From contig CAXXKT010000001.1 of NCBI GenBank assembly GCA_963662405.2, positions 2,272,001 to 2,336,000 of the forward strand: a stretch of DNA of 64,000 bases, read 5' to 3'. Below the pieces are notes generated by a model. That model did no database searches and had not been told where the DNA came from. It saw only the letters and a list, made by a program, of their open reading frames with translations. Position numbers and translations under genes: made by a program. Position 1 is the first letter of the stretch; every line of letters begins with the position of its first letter. Origin of the DNA: Syntrophales bacterium. Lineage in GTDB: Bacteria > Desulfobacterota > Syntrophia > Syntrophales > UBA2210. Shown in pieces: positions 20,738-29,899 of the stretch.

Positions 20738-21985
20738 ATGGCATCAAGTGGGAAAGGGCCTTTAGCGGGTCTTAAGGTGGTTGATTTATCTGAATTTGTG
20801 GCGGTTCCCGTAGCGGCAAAGCTGTTTGCGGATTGGGGAGCGGAAGTCGTAAAGGTGGAAAAATTCGGAGGTGATGACTGGCGTTCGTATGGTCCGTTCT
20901 TTAATACCCCCTATGAGGACGATGAGAATCCGCTCTTTGACATGGAACATTTGAATAAAAAATTTCTTGCCCTGAATCTGAAGACGGATAAAGGCCGGGA
21001 GGTTATACACCGTCTCTTGTCCGAAGCAGACATATTTATGACGAACTACCGGGGTGATGCCCTCAAGAGGCTGGGGCTTTCATACGAGGATTTGACCGTG
21101 CTCTACCCGAAACTCATTTTTGCACATTTGACTGGGTTCGGAGAAAAAGGCCCCGATGCCGGAAGACCGGGGTTTGATGTCGTTGCCTATTGGGCTCGCA
21201 GTGGTGCGATGCTCGATCTGGTTCCGGCCGAGGTCGGCGTTCCTATCAACGCCCCCTTCGGGTTTGGAGATCATATCACAGGTTCGGCCCTTGCCGGGGG
21301 AGTCTTGGCCGCGTTATACAAACGGGAAAAAACCGGCCGCGGCGATAAGATAATTATGTCATTATTTGGTCACGCTATTTTTTGTGCCGGATGTATGATC
21401 ATGTCTGCCCAGGACAGGTATGGAGATCCTTTGCCGCGATACAGGGAGAGACCCGGTAGTCCTGTCGGACATACCTATCAGTGTAAAGATGGGAGGTGGA
21501 TACTCCTCTCCATCCTTGTGTACGATCGTTATTGGCCGATACTTTGTAAGGAGGTTCTTAACCGGCCCGATCTTCTTCAGGATGAACGTTTTCACACAAG
21601 GCCTACTCCTAAAGGGTATAGCGCCGAGTTGTACAAAATCTTACATGACGAATTTAAGAAAAAAGACTCCAATGAATGGTCTTCTCTACTCCGAGCGGCA
21701 GATATCGCCTTTGAGAATGTCGCACACTTCAGTGAGGTCACAAAAGACGAACAGGCGTGGGCCAATGGGTATATTTTTGAACATACCTTTAAGAACGGGA
21801 ATAAGGCGATATTGCCCAAGACATCCATTCAGTTCGGGAGTTACAACGTTCCTAACCCCCTTCCCCGGGCGGGGACGCGTGTGGGCGAACATTCGGCGGA
21901 TGTGCTTCTGAAGATGGGGTATACAGATTCCGAAATCGAGGATCTTGAAAAGGAGGGCATCATCAAAAAGCCTTCTTCACAATAA
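20738..21985 (+). CDS. Family III CoA-transferase (FldA/HadA-like)
   Basis: GPLAGLKVVDLS, WGAEVVKVE, RPGFDVVAYWARSG; ATG 20738 after GAGG. Confidence 0.88.
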   Translation: MASSGKGPLAGLKVVDLSEFVAVPVAAKLFADWGAEVVKVEKFGGDDWRSYGPFFNTPYEDDENPLFDMEHLNKKFLALNLKTDKGREVIHRLLSEADIFMTNYRGDALKRLGLSYEDLTVLYPKLIFAHLTGFGEKGPDAGRPGFDVVAYWARSGAMLDLVPAEVGVPINAPFGFGDHITGSALAGGVLAALYKREKTGRGDKIIMSLFGHAIFCAGCMIMSAQDRYGDPLPRYRERPGSPVGHTYQCKDGRWILLSILVYDRYWPILCKEVLNRPDLLQDERFHTRPTPKGYSAELYKILHDEFKKKDSNEWSSLLRAADIAFENVAHFSEVTKDEQAWANGYIFEHTFKNGNKAILPKTSIQFGSYNVPNPLPRAGTRVGEHSADVLLKMGYTDSEIEDLEKEGIIKKPSSQ

Positions 21986-22061
21986 GATTCGATCACTTGA
22001 AATGAATATAATGTATGTGCGGGAGAAGGCGCAGGGAGGATTGACAAGAGGCAGAATCTTT

Positions 22062-22171
22062 ATGAAATACCCCGTCCTGTGGACGGGGATGAATGCGGAG
22101 CAGGGGCAGGGGGGATGCAATCCCCCTCATTTAAGCTTTTCAGATGCCCCGCCCTGTGGGCGGGGTAATTC
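22062..22171 (+). mobile_element. Second non-autonomous IS200/IS605-type miniature element
   Basis: Twin hairpins CCCCGTCC-TGT-GGACGGGG (22070-22088) and GCCCCGCCC-TGT-GGGCGGGGT (22146-22166); begins TGAAAT and ends GGGTAATTC. Confidence 0.6.
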
Positions 22172-22173
22172 TC

Positions 22174-24054
22174 GTGTGCCCGGCATGGGCAGCAGCTTGG
22201 AGGTGAGAGTCCTCTACAGGTCCTGATGGTGGAAACTGTTAGCCGAGGGCAAGGGCGTCCATCGCGAGGTGGGGTCTGAAGGAAGCCGGAGGCAAAATCC
22301 CGATCCGAGGAACACGAATCGCATATCAGGCTGTATCATTGGGGCGAGCTTACGTGAGAAGGCGAAGCCCGTAGCCATCAAACGGTGATGCAGTAAATGC
22401 GGCGGATGCGGGGTGAAGGCGGCTGTTCTTACCCGGGGAGGTCTGGGAACCTGTCGGAGACGACAAGGGGTTTCGCAAGGGACTCTGAACGGTTTCCAGA
22501 AGTCAGCAGAGGCCGTATTAGGTGTGGCGCAAGCCGGGCTGAAGGGCCGAACGTGTGGTCGGTGGTGAGACTCAAGGATTCGTGGTCGTGGAGATGCGGC
22601 AACTTTCATTATTCGATGAAGGCCTTCTGTCATGTTTGAAGGGTGAAGCCCCGAGGAGAGATGGGAGGAGGTATCAAGCGGCGGCGGCATTGGAGAGATC
22701 CGAACCCATCATGGTTGACCTGATGCAGGAGGTAGTGAACAGGGAGAACGTGATTCGCGCATGGAAACGAGTCAGGGCGAACAAGGGGAGCCCCGGCATT
22801 GACGGGATGACCGTCGATGAACTGACGGATTACCTGCGGGAACACTGGCCGCGGATTCGGGAGGAGTTGTTGACAGGGGAGTATCGCCCCCAACTGGTGA
22901 AAGAAGTAGTGATTCCGAAGCCGGGAGGCGGGACCAGACGGCTTGGTATCCCCACGGTGACGGATCGATTTATCCAGCAGGCAATTTTGCAGGTGCTCGA
23001 TCCCCTGTATGATCCGACCTTTTCGGACTACAGTTATGGCTTTCGTCCTCGTCGCCGTGCTCATCAGGCGGTGAACCGAGCGAAGAGATGCATATCTGAA
23101 GGATACGAATGGGTGGTCGATATTGACCTGGAGAAGTTTTTTGACCGGGTGAACCATGACATCCTCATGGGGAGACTGGCCAAGAGGATCGGTGACAAGC
23201 GCATTCTCCGGGTTATTCGTCGGTATGTGCAGGCCGGGATCATGGTCAATGGGGCCGTACAGGAAAGGTGGGAAGGGACGCCGCAGGGCGGACCCTTATC
23301 GCCGCTGCTGGGCAACATTCTTCTGGACGCACTGGACAAGGAGTTGGAACGGAGGGGTCACCGATTCTGCCGGTATGCGGACGATGTGAACATCTATGTC
23401 AAGTCTCAGCGCGCCGGGAAGAGGGTGTTTGAATCCATTGAGGCATTTTTGCTCAAGCGGTTGAAGCTTCGGGTGAACCGGGACAAGAGTGCGGTAGCCC
23501 GATACCATGAGCGGGGATTCTTAGGATTCGGCTTTACCTCCGGGAAACTCCTCAAGATCAAGCTGACGGGCAAGGCCCTGAGGAACTTCCGGGACCGAGT
23601 CCGGGCGATCACGAGGCGATCTCGGCGCGTCTCCATCAACCGGATAATCGAGGAACTCCAGACGTATTTGAGAGGATGGATCGGGTATTTTCATCTGATC
23701 GAGACGTGGACGATTCTGCGGGATCTGGATAGTTGGATGCGCAGGAGGTTGCGGTGTTTCATGGTCAAACAATGGGTAAACAACTGCCATACCCGTTATA
23801 AGAACCTGATCCATCTGGGAGTAGGGAAAGATCAGGCGCGTATCGCGGCAGGGTCAAGCAAAGGACCTTGGGCGTTGTCCAACATGAAACCGCTGAAGAT
23901 TGCTTTGTCCAATCGGTTTTTTGCCGAACGGGGTTTTCTTGGACTCTGGGGTCAGGCTCAAACATTGGGCAAGACTACATGAACCGCCGTGTACGGACCC
24001 GTATGCCCGGTGGTGTGGGAGGGCGAAGGCCGTGAGGCCTTCCCCTATCCCGAT
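22174..24054 (+). mobile_element. Group IIC intron (ribozyme plus intron-encoded protein)
   Basis: 5' GTGTGCCCGGCATGGG; domain V GAACCGCCGTGTACGGACCCGTATGCCCGGTGGTGTGGGAG with CGC triad; domain VI ending CCTATCCCGAT; inserted 7 nt after a hairpin. Confidence 0.93.
22594..23982 (+). CDS. ltrA: Group II intron reverse transcriptase/maturase, no endonuclease domain
   Basis: NKGSPGIDG, RRLGIPTVTDR, GTPQGGPLSPLL, RYADD, RGWIGYF; start uncertain (22594 or 22711). Confidence 0.95.
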   Translation: MRQLSLFDEGLLSCLKGEAPRRDGRRYQAAAALERSEPIMVDLMQEVVNRENVIRAWKRVRANKGSPGIDGMTVDELTDYLREHWPRIREELLTGEYRPQLVKEVVIPKPGGGTRRLGIPTVTDRFIQQAILQVLDPLYDPTFSDYSYGFRPRRRAHQAVNRAKRCISEGYEWVVDIDLEKFFDRVNHDILMGRLAKRIGDKRILRVIRRYVQAGIMVNGAVQERWEGTPQGGPLSPLLGNILLDALDKELERRGHRFCRYADDVNIYVKSQRAGKRVFESIEAFLLKRLKLRVNRDKSAVARYHERGFLGFGFTSGKLLKIKLTGKALRNFRDRVRAITRRSRRVSINRIIEELQTYLRGWIGYFHLIETWTILRDLDSWMRRRLRCFMVKQWVNNCHTRYKNLIHLGVGKDQARIAAGSSKGPWALSNMKPLKIALSNRFFAERGFLGLWGQAQTLGKTT

Positions 24055-24192
24055 TCAGCCGCATGAAACTTCAGCCCTTTGTCCAGAGATGTGGCGAGTG
24101 TTGGAGAGGACTCAAGCGGGTTTAATGCTCTGAAGAAAAATAGCAAGTCCTGCGATGATTTGATTTCGGAAAGAGAAAATGAGGAGGAAGAG

Positions 24193-25242
24193 ATGAAGCG
24201 GAAAACATGGGGCAGAATAGCTTACTGTATTGTGATGTTGTCACTTATTAGTTTTACCTTACCATGTCAGCGGGTACATGCGGATGAGCAAGGAAGAATT
24301 AAAGCACTTGAAGCGAAGATCGCAGCTCTTGAAGAAGGGAGTATCCGTGTAATACACCCAGCTCCATGGGTGAAAGTTGCGGATGATCCTAAACTTGTAA
24401 TTGAGGGTCCGGCATTTGATCGAGAGGGTAATCTTTATGTATCAGGGGTTGGAACTGGAGAGATATTCAAGATTACACCAAATAAAAAAGTTACAAGCTT
24501 CTTTAAACATCCTGCTATAAATCATATGTCTTCTATCGATATCCATAAAGATGGAAGACTCTTTTGTTGTACTTATACATTAGGGACTATAATTGTTGTT
24601 ACCCGTGATGGAAGTAGTTACGAGGTAATAGTTGATAAAGCTAATGTTGAGGGAATGAAAACCCCCGATGATATAGTGTTTGATTCTAAAGGGAATTTCT
24701 ACTTTACTGATCTTTTTGCCAGTAAAGTTTGGTATGTCACGTCAGATTTTAAAACTGTAACCGAACTCAAACCGAGAGGGACTTTCCCCATGTACCCTAA
24801 TGGAATTAGTTTGGTTGAGAGCCCAATTTCCGGGAAAGAAAAACGCTTATTGATAGCCGAGTATAAGGATGGATTTTTATGGCGTTTTGATATCGACGCA
24901 GCAACACCGTGGAAAGCCGCTCCTATGACATTGGGGTCAAATTTCTACCCTGTGAATTTTGTTGCGCCTATGTCTGACTCAAATGCAGTAGATGCAGACG
25001 GTAATGTGTATCAATGTGTCAATGGTAGGGGTATTATTATCCTGGAAGCAAATACGTATAGACGTGTAGCAGAGGTGCGGTTTCCGGTAGTGGATTCCGG
25101 GGAACAAATGGGTGTGACTAACATGACCATTAAACCTGGTACCAATGAAGCGTACGCGGTGGTGAGTCATGGCCCACACGGTGCTGAAGTCTACAAGTTT
25201 ACTGCACTTGGCAAAGCTCCGGCTTATTTTTCACATCAATAG
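24193..25242 (+). CDS. Exported SMP-30/gluconolactonase-family protein (Drp35-like lactonase)
   Basis: Signal peptide ending VHA, IEGPAFD, PDDIVFDSKGNFYFTD, PNG, DSNAVDADGNVY; SD GAGGAGG. Confidence 0.85.
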   Translation: MKRKTWGRIAYCIVMLSLISFTLPCQRVHADEQGRIKALEAKIAALEEGSIRVIHPAPWVKVADDPKLVIEGPAFDREGNLYVSGVGTGEIFKITPNKKVTSFFKHPAINHMSSIDIHKDGRLFCCTYTLGTIIVVTRDGSSYEVIVDKANVEGMKTPDDIVFDSKGNFYFTDLFASKVWYVTSDFKTVTELKPRGTFPMYPNGISLVESPISGKEKRLLIAEYKDGFLWRFDIDAATPWKAAPMTLGSNFYPVNFVAPMSDSNAVDADGNVYQCVNGRGIIILEANTYRRVAEVRFPVVDSGEQMGVTNMTIKPGTNEAYAVVSHGPHGAEVYKFTALGKAPAYFSHQ

Positions 25243-25482
25243 GAGATAATGGAACAAACGAAATATGATACATCTGTCAGAGGGCAAGACGGTAATGAGA
25301 AACCATAAAGAAGTGTTGAGAAAAAATGTGTTAAATCAAAATAAAAATCCGTATCATATAAGTATGCCGCGGTCAAAAAGGCGAACAGAGCCTCCCTCGA
25401 ATGGATATAGACGGAAGGATCACTTATCTCTATCCTTCCGTTCTGTTGTTGCCACACACTGGGTGAGAGGAGAAAGCGGTGG

Positions 25483-25836
25483 TCAGATTTTGTAAGTTAT
25501 CAGACTGTATATGGCAACGTCAAAAACATAGTATTGGGTTTTGAAATGTTGGCCAGTAAAATTTTTCGCTATATGAATCGAGCTTTTACCCTTGATGAAA
25601 TCGATCACCTGCGCCACAGAATATTTCGGCGGTATGGAGATCAACATAGGGACATGATCAGATCTGAGATGCCCCTCCAAGACGTTACTTTCCCTCTGCA
25701 TCGCGAGGTCTTTGAATGTTGACCCGAGATACTGACGTAATTGCTCATATATCGCTCTCCTCCGGTATTTCGGTCTCCATACCACATGATACTTGCATTC
25801 CCATACACTATGGCTTAAAATCGCGCTGTCTTTCAA
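25483..25836 (-). pseudogene. tnpA: IS200-family Y1 transposase, inactivated
   Basis: SHSVWECKYHVVW.PKYRR, SIPPKYSVAQV, KGKS; HUH motif altered to DHVP; C-terminal catalytic-Tyr helix missing. Confidence 0.85.
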
Positions 25837-25839
25837 TTG

Positions 25840-25947
25840 AAACCTCCTCCCCTGTAAACTTCGAACGGTTCACGGTGAGGAGGTTTTCTTTATATTCCCG
25901 GAGATGTCAAACTCAGGGAGTCCCCCGGCAAAGCCGGGGGTTTACCT
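25840..25947 (-). mobile_element. IS200 left end with terminal hairpin and RBS-occluding stem
   Basis: CCCCCGGC-AAA-GCCGGGGG (25922-25940); AAACCTCCTC...GAGGAGGTTT inverted repeat covers the tnpA SD. Confidence 0.75.
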
Positions 25948-26263
25948 AAATAAAATTATTAAAATATGGAAAGAGCCTCTTCCCAAAAGGGGATCTGGGA
26001 AGATTCTAAAAAAGAACCGTGAAACTTTTCATGATGCTCCAGCTTGTTTTTGCTTATCTGTCAAAACCACCGACAATGTCAGTGGGGGGGCGTGGGAGGC
26101 ATGTGTGCACCGATTATATAAGGTTTTACCTTATATAATACTGATAATTAATTGGTATTCCATTTTTTTGTTTAGCTGGGGTACATAAAGCGAACAGATG
26201 GTGATGGGTCGTTGGTATTTTTTATTTGATACAAAATGTATACGGCACAGGAGGAATTAGACG

Positions 26264-28099
26264 GTGGAATTTAAATATGATGTGAGGGATCTGCAGTTTA
26301 TTCTAAAGGAATGGCTTCCCATGGAGGAGGTCCTGGCATGTGATCGTTTCAAGGACAACTACGGTCTGGATGATGCCGATATGTACCTGAGCGAGGGGTA
26401 CAAGGTGGCTCGCGAGGTGGTCAGTCCGATTAATGCCGAGGGGGACAAGATCGGCGCCATCCTTAAGGACGGCGTGGTAACGGCGCCCCCCGGGTACGCT
26501 GAGGTATACAAATTTCTCCAGGAAAACGGTTGGGGGTCCACGAGCGAGTGTGTCGAGCTGGAAGGCGGGATGCCACTCAGTCTCTACAAGGCCATCTTCG
26601 AGATGAATACGGCGGCCTGCCCCGCCGTCATGTCGTATGTCAAGTTGACGAGCGGCGTGGCGAATCTCCTCATCGAGTTCGGTGAGGAAAAGGACAAGGC
26701 TCTCTTTCTGCCCAAGCTCCTCGGCGGTGACTGGCAGGGGACGATGTGTATCACTGAACCGAATGCCGGTTCCGATGTGGGTGACTCCACGACAAAGGCT
26801 TTTCCGACGGACGACCCCGCGGTCTGGAAGATCAAAGGTACCAAGATGTTCATTACCGGCGGGGACGCAGGCACCTGTGAGAACACGATTCACATGGTCC
26901 TGGCGCGGCCCGAGGGAGGTGCACCCGGATCTGCCGGTCTCGGGTTGTATATCGTTCCCAAGTACCGGGTGAATGATGATCAGTCACTGGGTGCCTTCAA
27001 CGATGTGATAACTGTTGGAATCGAACACAAGATGGGGCTGAGGGCTCAGGCGACGGCGCTCCTGAATTTCGGCGAGAACGACGACTGCTACGGTATCAGA
27101 ATGGGGCCCATGCCCGACGAGAAGGGACGGTCTAGGGGACTGGGCATGATGTTCAACATGATGAACGAGTCTCGGATCGGCACGGGGCACAACTCCAATA
27201 CGCAGGCTGCGGTGGCCTATTCCTTCGCATCACGGTATGCCACGGAACGTATCCAGGGCAGGCCCTTCGGCGATGCGAAGGCCGAGAGGGTCCCCATCAT
27301 CAAACATGAGGACATACGAAGGATGCTCCTCGATATGAAGGCCATGACAGAGGGTGTCCGAGCCATGATCTTCAAGGGCTTCTACTATCTCGATATAGCC
27401 GGAAACTCGGCCGATAAGGAAAAGGCCAAGGCCTGTGCCGGTCTGGCGGCGGTGTTGACACCTCTGGTCAAGGGTTACGGGAGCGAGGTGAGTCTCGGCG
27501 TCATCGCGGAGGCGATGCAGGTCCTGGGCGGTGTCGGTTACACCACCGAATATCCCATCGAACAATCGATGCGCGACTCGAAGATCCTGACCATCTGGGA
27601 GGGGACCACCTTCATCCACGGGAACGACTTGGTGGGCCGCAAGATGAGGATGGAGGGAGGCACCCCCTTTGACAACTGGATGGCCACCATCAAGGATTTT
27701 ATCGATGCCAAGGGGGGTACCCCCGGCCTTGTCGAGGAGATAGGGCGGCTTCAAAAGGCCTACGACTGTGTCGAGGAGATACGCGCTCTCTATAGTACGT
27801 GGTACGCGAATATGGATGAAAAGAAAGAGTTTATCCCCCTCAACGCGGTTCGTGTGATGACGATATGCGGCCAGGTTCAGGTGGCCCAGTGCCTTCTTGA
27901 GCAGGCCGTGATCGCTACAAGAAAGCTCGCAGATCTCCCCGCAGACCACTTCGATCGACCCTTCTATGAGGGGAAGGTGGCCAGCGGTCGGTACTATGCC
28001 AATCAGGTCCTGCCCGCCACCTTCATGCTAACGGAGATGATCAAGAGCGAGGACCGGGCCTGTCTGGACTGCCCGGAGGAGGCCCTCATTGTCGAATAG
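26264..28099 (+). CDS. Acyl-CoA dehydrogenase, long FadE/DmdC-like type
   Basis: TMCITEPNAGSDVG, GTKMFIT, EHKMG, IWEGT. Confidence 0.93.
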   Translation: MEFKYDVRDLQFILKEWLPMEEVLACDRFKDNYGLDDADMYLSEGYKVAREVVSPINAEGDKIGAILKDGVVTAPPGYAEVYKFLQENGWGSTSECVELEGGMPLSLYKAIFEMNTAACPAVMSYVKLTSGVANLLIEFGEEKDKALFLPKLLGGDWQGTMCITEPNAGSDVGDSTTKAFPTDDPAVWKIKGTKMFITGGDAGTCENTIHMVLARPEGGAPGSAGLGLYIVPKYRVNDDQSLGAFNDVITVGIEHKMGLRAQATALLNFGENDDCYGIRMGPMPDEKGRSRGLGMMFNMMNESRIGTGHNSNTQAAVAYSFASRYATERIQGRPFGDAKAERVPIIKHEDIRRMLLDMKAMTEGVRAMIFKGFYYLDIAGNSADKEKAKACAGLAAVLTPLVKGYGSEVSLGVIAEAMQVLGGVGYTTEYPIEQSMRDSKILTIWEGTTFIHGNDLVGRKMRMEGGTPFDNWMATIKDFIDAKGGTPGLVEEIGRLQKAYDCVEEIRALYSTWYANMDEKKEFIPLNAVRVMTICGQVQVAQCLLEQAVIATRKLADLPADHFDRPFYEGKVASGRYYANQVLPATFMLTEMIKSEDRACLDCPEEALIVE

Positions 28100-28153
28100 G
28101 CCGCGTGCCTGTTTTCTGATAAACTATAAACTTTATATAAGGAGTGATTGAGC

Positions 28154-29335
28154 ATGAAAGAGATTTATCTTGTTGATGGTGTCAGAACCGCCGTGGCGCG
28201 TGCGGGAAAGAGGTCCTGGTTTACGAATGTCCGGGCCGATGACCTCGCAGTACGGGTTATAAACGAACTGATTCGGAGGACCGGTCTGGAAGAAAAGAAG
28301 GAGCAGATTGATGATGTAATCCTGGGCGGGACTGCCCTGATGGAGGATATGGGCTCGAACATCGGTCGGTTATCCGTTATTATGGCCGGTCTTCCCTACA
28401 GCGTACCGGGGTGTACCATTGACCGTTTTTGCGCCTCGGGATTGCAATCGATCGCGAATGCCGTTGCGGCCATCAATATGGGATGGATGGATATGGTTAT
28501 CGCGGGGGGCGTGCAGCACATGACCCACGTCCCCATGGGAACGGGATCATCACCCAATCCCCGGCTCGGAGAATTCTGCGACCCCCGAATGAACTCTATG
28601 GGTTACACCGCGGAGATGGTGGCCCGGGACTTTAATATCAGCAAGGAGAAGCAGGATAAGATGTCTGTGGAAAGCCATGCCAAGGCCCATAAGGCAACGG
28701 TCGACGGCCTCTTCAAGGAAGAGATCCTTCCCATTGAGGCGGATATTCCCACGAAGGATGGCGGCACGGAGCGGATGGTGGTCGACCGGGATCAGGGCAT
28801 CAGGCCCGAGACGACGATGGAGACCCTTGCGACCCTCCCCACGGTATTCATGGATGACGAGAAGGCGACCGTCACGGCGGGAAACTCCAGCCAGGTTAAT
28901 GATGCCGCTGCCTGCGTTCTGGTTGCCAGCAAGGAGAAGTGTGACGAACTGGGGCTGAAACCGAAGCTGCGACTGATCGATTATGCCGTCGTCGGTGTGG
29001 ACCCCAAGTATATGGGGATCGGGCCCTCTGTTGCAATCCCGAAGGTCTTGGAACACGCCGGGATGACGATGGATCAGATCGGTCTGTGGGAGGTCAACGA
29101 GGCCTTTGCATCCCAGGCCGTCTACTGCACGGAGAAGCTCGGAATCCGCGATCACGAACTGCTCAATCCGCGGGGAAGCGGTATCTCGCTGGGCCATCCC
29201 TTGGGATGCACGGGGAGCAGGATCGCCGTTACATTGATGCACGAGATGTCTTCCTATGGTGTCCAGTATGCCGTTGAGAGCATGTGTATCGGTCATGGCC
29301 AGGGGGCTGCGGCGATCTGGGAGTGGGTTGGATAA
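28154..29335 (+). CDS. Thiolase
   Basis: RFCASG, NEAF, GHPLG and CIGHG all intact. Confidence 0.93.
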   Translation: MKEIYLVDGVRTAVARAGKRSWFTNVRADDLAVRVINELIRRTGLEEKKEQIDDVILGGTALMEDMGSNIGRLSVIMAGLPYSVPGCTIDRFCASGLQSIANAVAAINMGWMDMVIAGGVQHMTHVPMGTGSSPNPRLGEFCDPRMNSMGYTAEMVARDFNISKEKQDKMSVESHAKAHKATVDGLFKEEILPIEADIPTKDGGTERMVVDRDQGIRPETTMETLATLPTVFMDDEKATVTAGNSSQVNDAAACVLVASKEKCDELGLKPKLRLIDYAVVGVDPKYMGIGPSVAIPKVLEHAGMTMDQIGLWEVNEAFASQAVYCTEKLGIRDHELLNPRGSGISLGHPLGCTGSRIAVTLMHEMSSYGVQYAVESMCIGHGQGAAAIWEWVG

Positions 29336-29410
29336 GGGTCCTTGGCCTTTGTGGCAGCACTCAAAATGTAGTATACAGCGAAGCTAAATATGAGTGAAAG
29401 GAGTGTATCA

Positions 29411-29869
29411 ATGGCAAAAGAATTACCGCTGGAAGAGATCAGGAAACTTGTGGGAACGGAGGTTTACGTTTCCGGCTGGAAGAAGATTGAGCAGGATCAG
29501 ATCAATCAATTTGCCGATGCCACGGAGGATCATCAGTGGATTCATGTGGACCCGGAGAAAGCGGCCGAGGGGCCCTTTGGTACGACGATCGCCCACGGGT
29601 TTCTGACCCTTTCACACATCCCCTTTTTCAGTTACCAGGGCGCTGTTTCGCCCGAGGGGGCGAAGATGTCGATCAATTACGGCCTGAACAAGGTCAGATT
29701 TCTCAATCCGGTCGCCGTGGGATCAAAGATACGGGACCGGATCGTTCTCGCGAACGTTGAGGAACAGCAGGGGGGACGGGTCCTCATAACGACGACCCAT
29801 ACGATCGAGATCGAGGGGCAGGAAAAACCGGCCTGCATCGCGGAATCTCTTGGACTGGTTTTTGTTTAA
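29411..29869 (+). CDS. MaoC-family (R)-specific enoyl-CoA hydratase
   Basis: FADATEDHQWIHVD, IAHGFLTLS, NYGLNKVRF. Confidence 0.9.
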   Translation: MAKELPLEEIRKLVGTEVYVSGWKKIEQDQINQFADATEDHQWIHVDPEKAAEGPFGTTIAHGFLTLSHIPFFSYQGAVSPEGAKMSINYGLNKVRFLNPVAVGSKIRDRIVLANVEEQQGGRVLITTTHTIEIEGQEKPACIAESLGLVFV

Positions 29870-29899
29870 AATGTTTTAAACGCAGAGGAGAGATAAAAG

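Noticed and set aside
22594..23982. RT as a retron, DGR or CRISPR-associated enzyme
   Set aside because: Flanked by canonical group IIC ribozyme domains; no TR/VR pair, msr-msd or array seen
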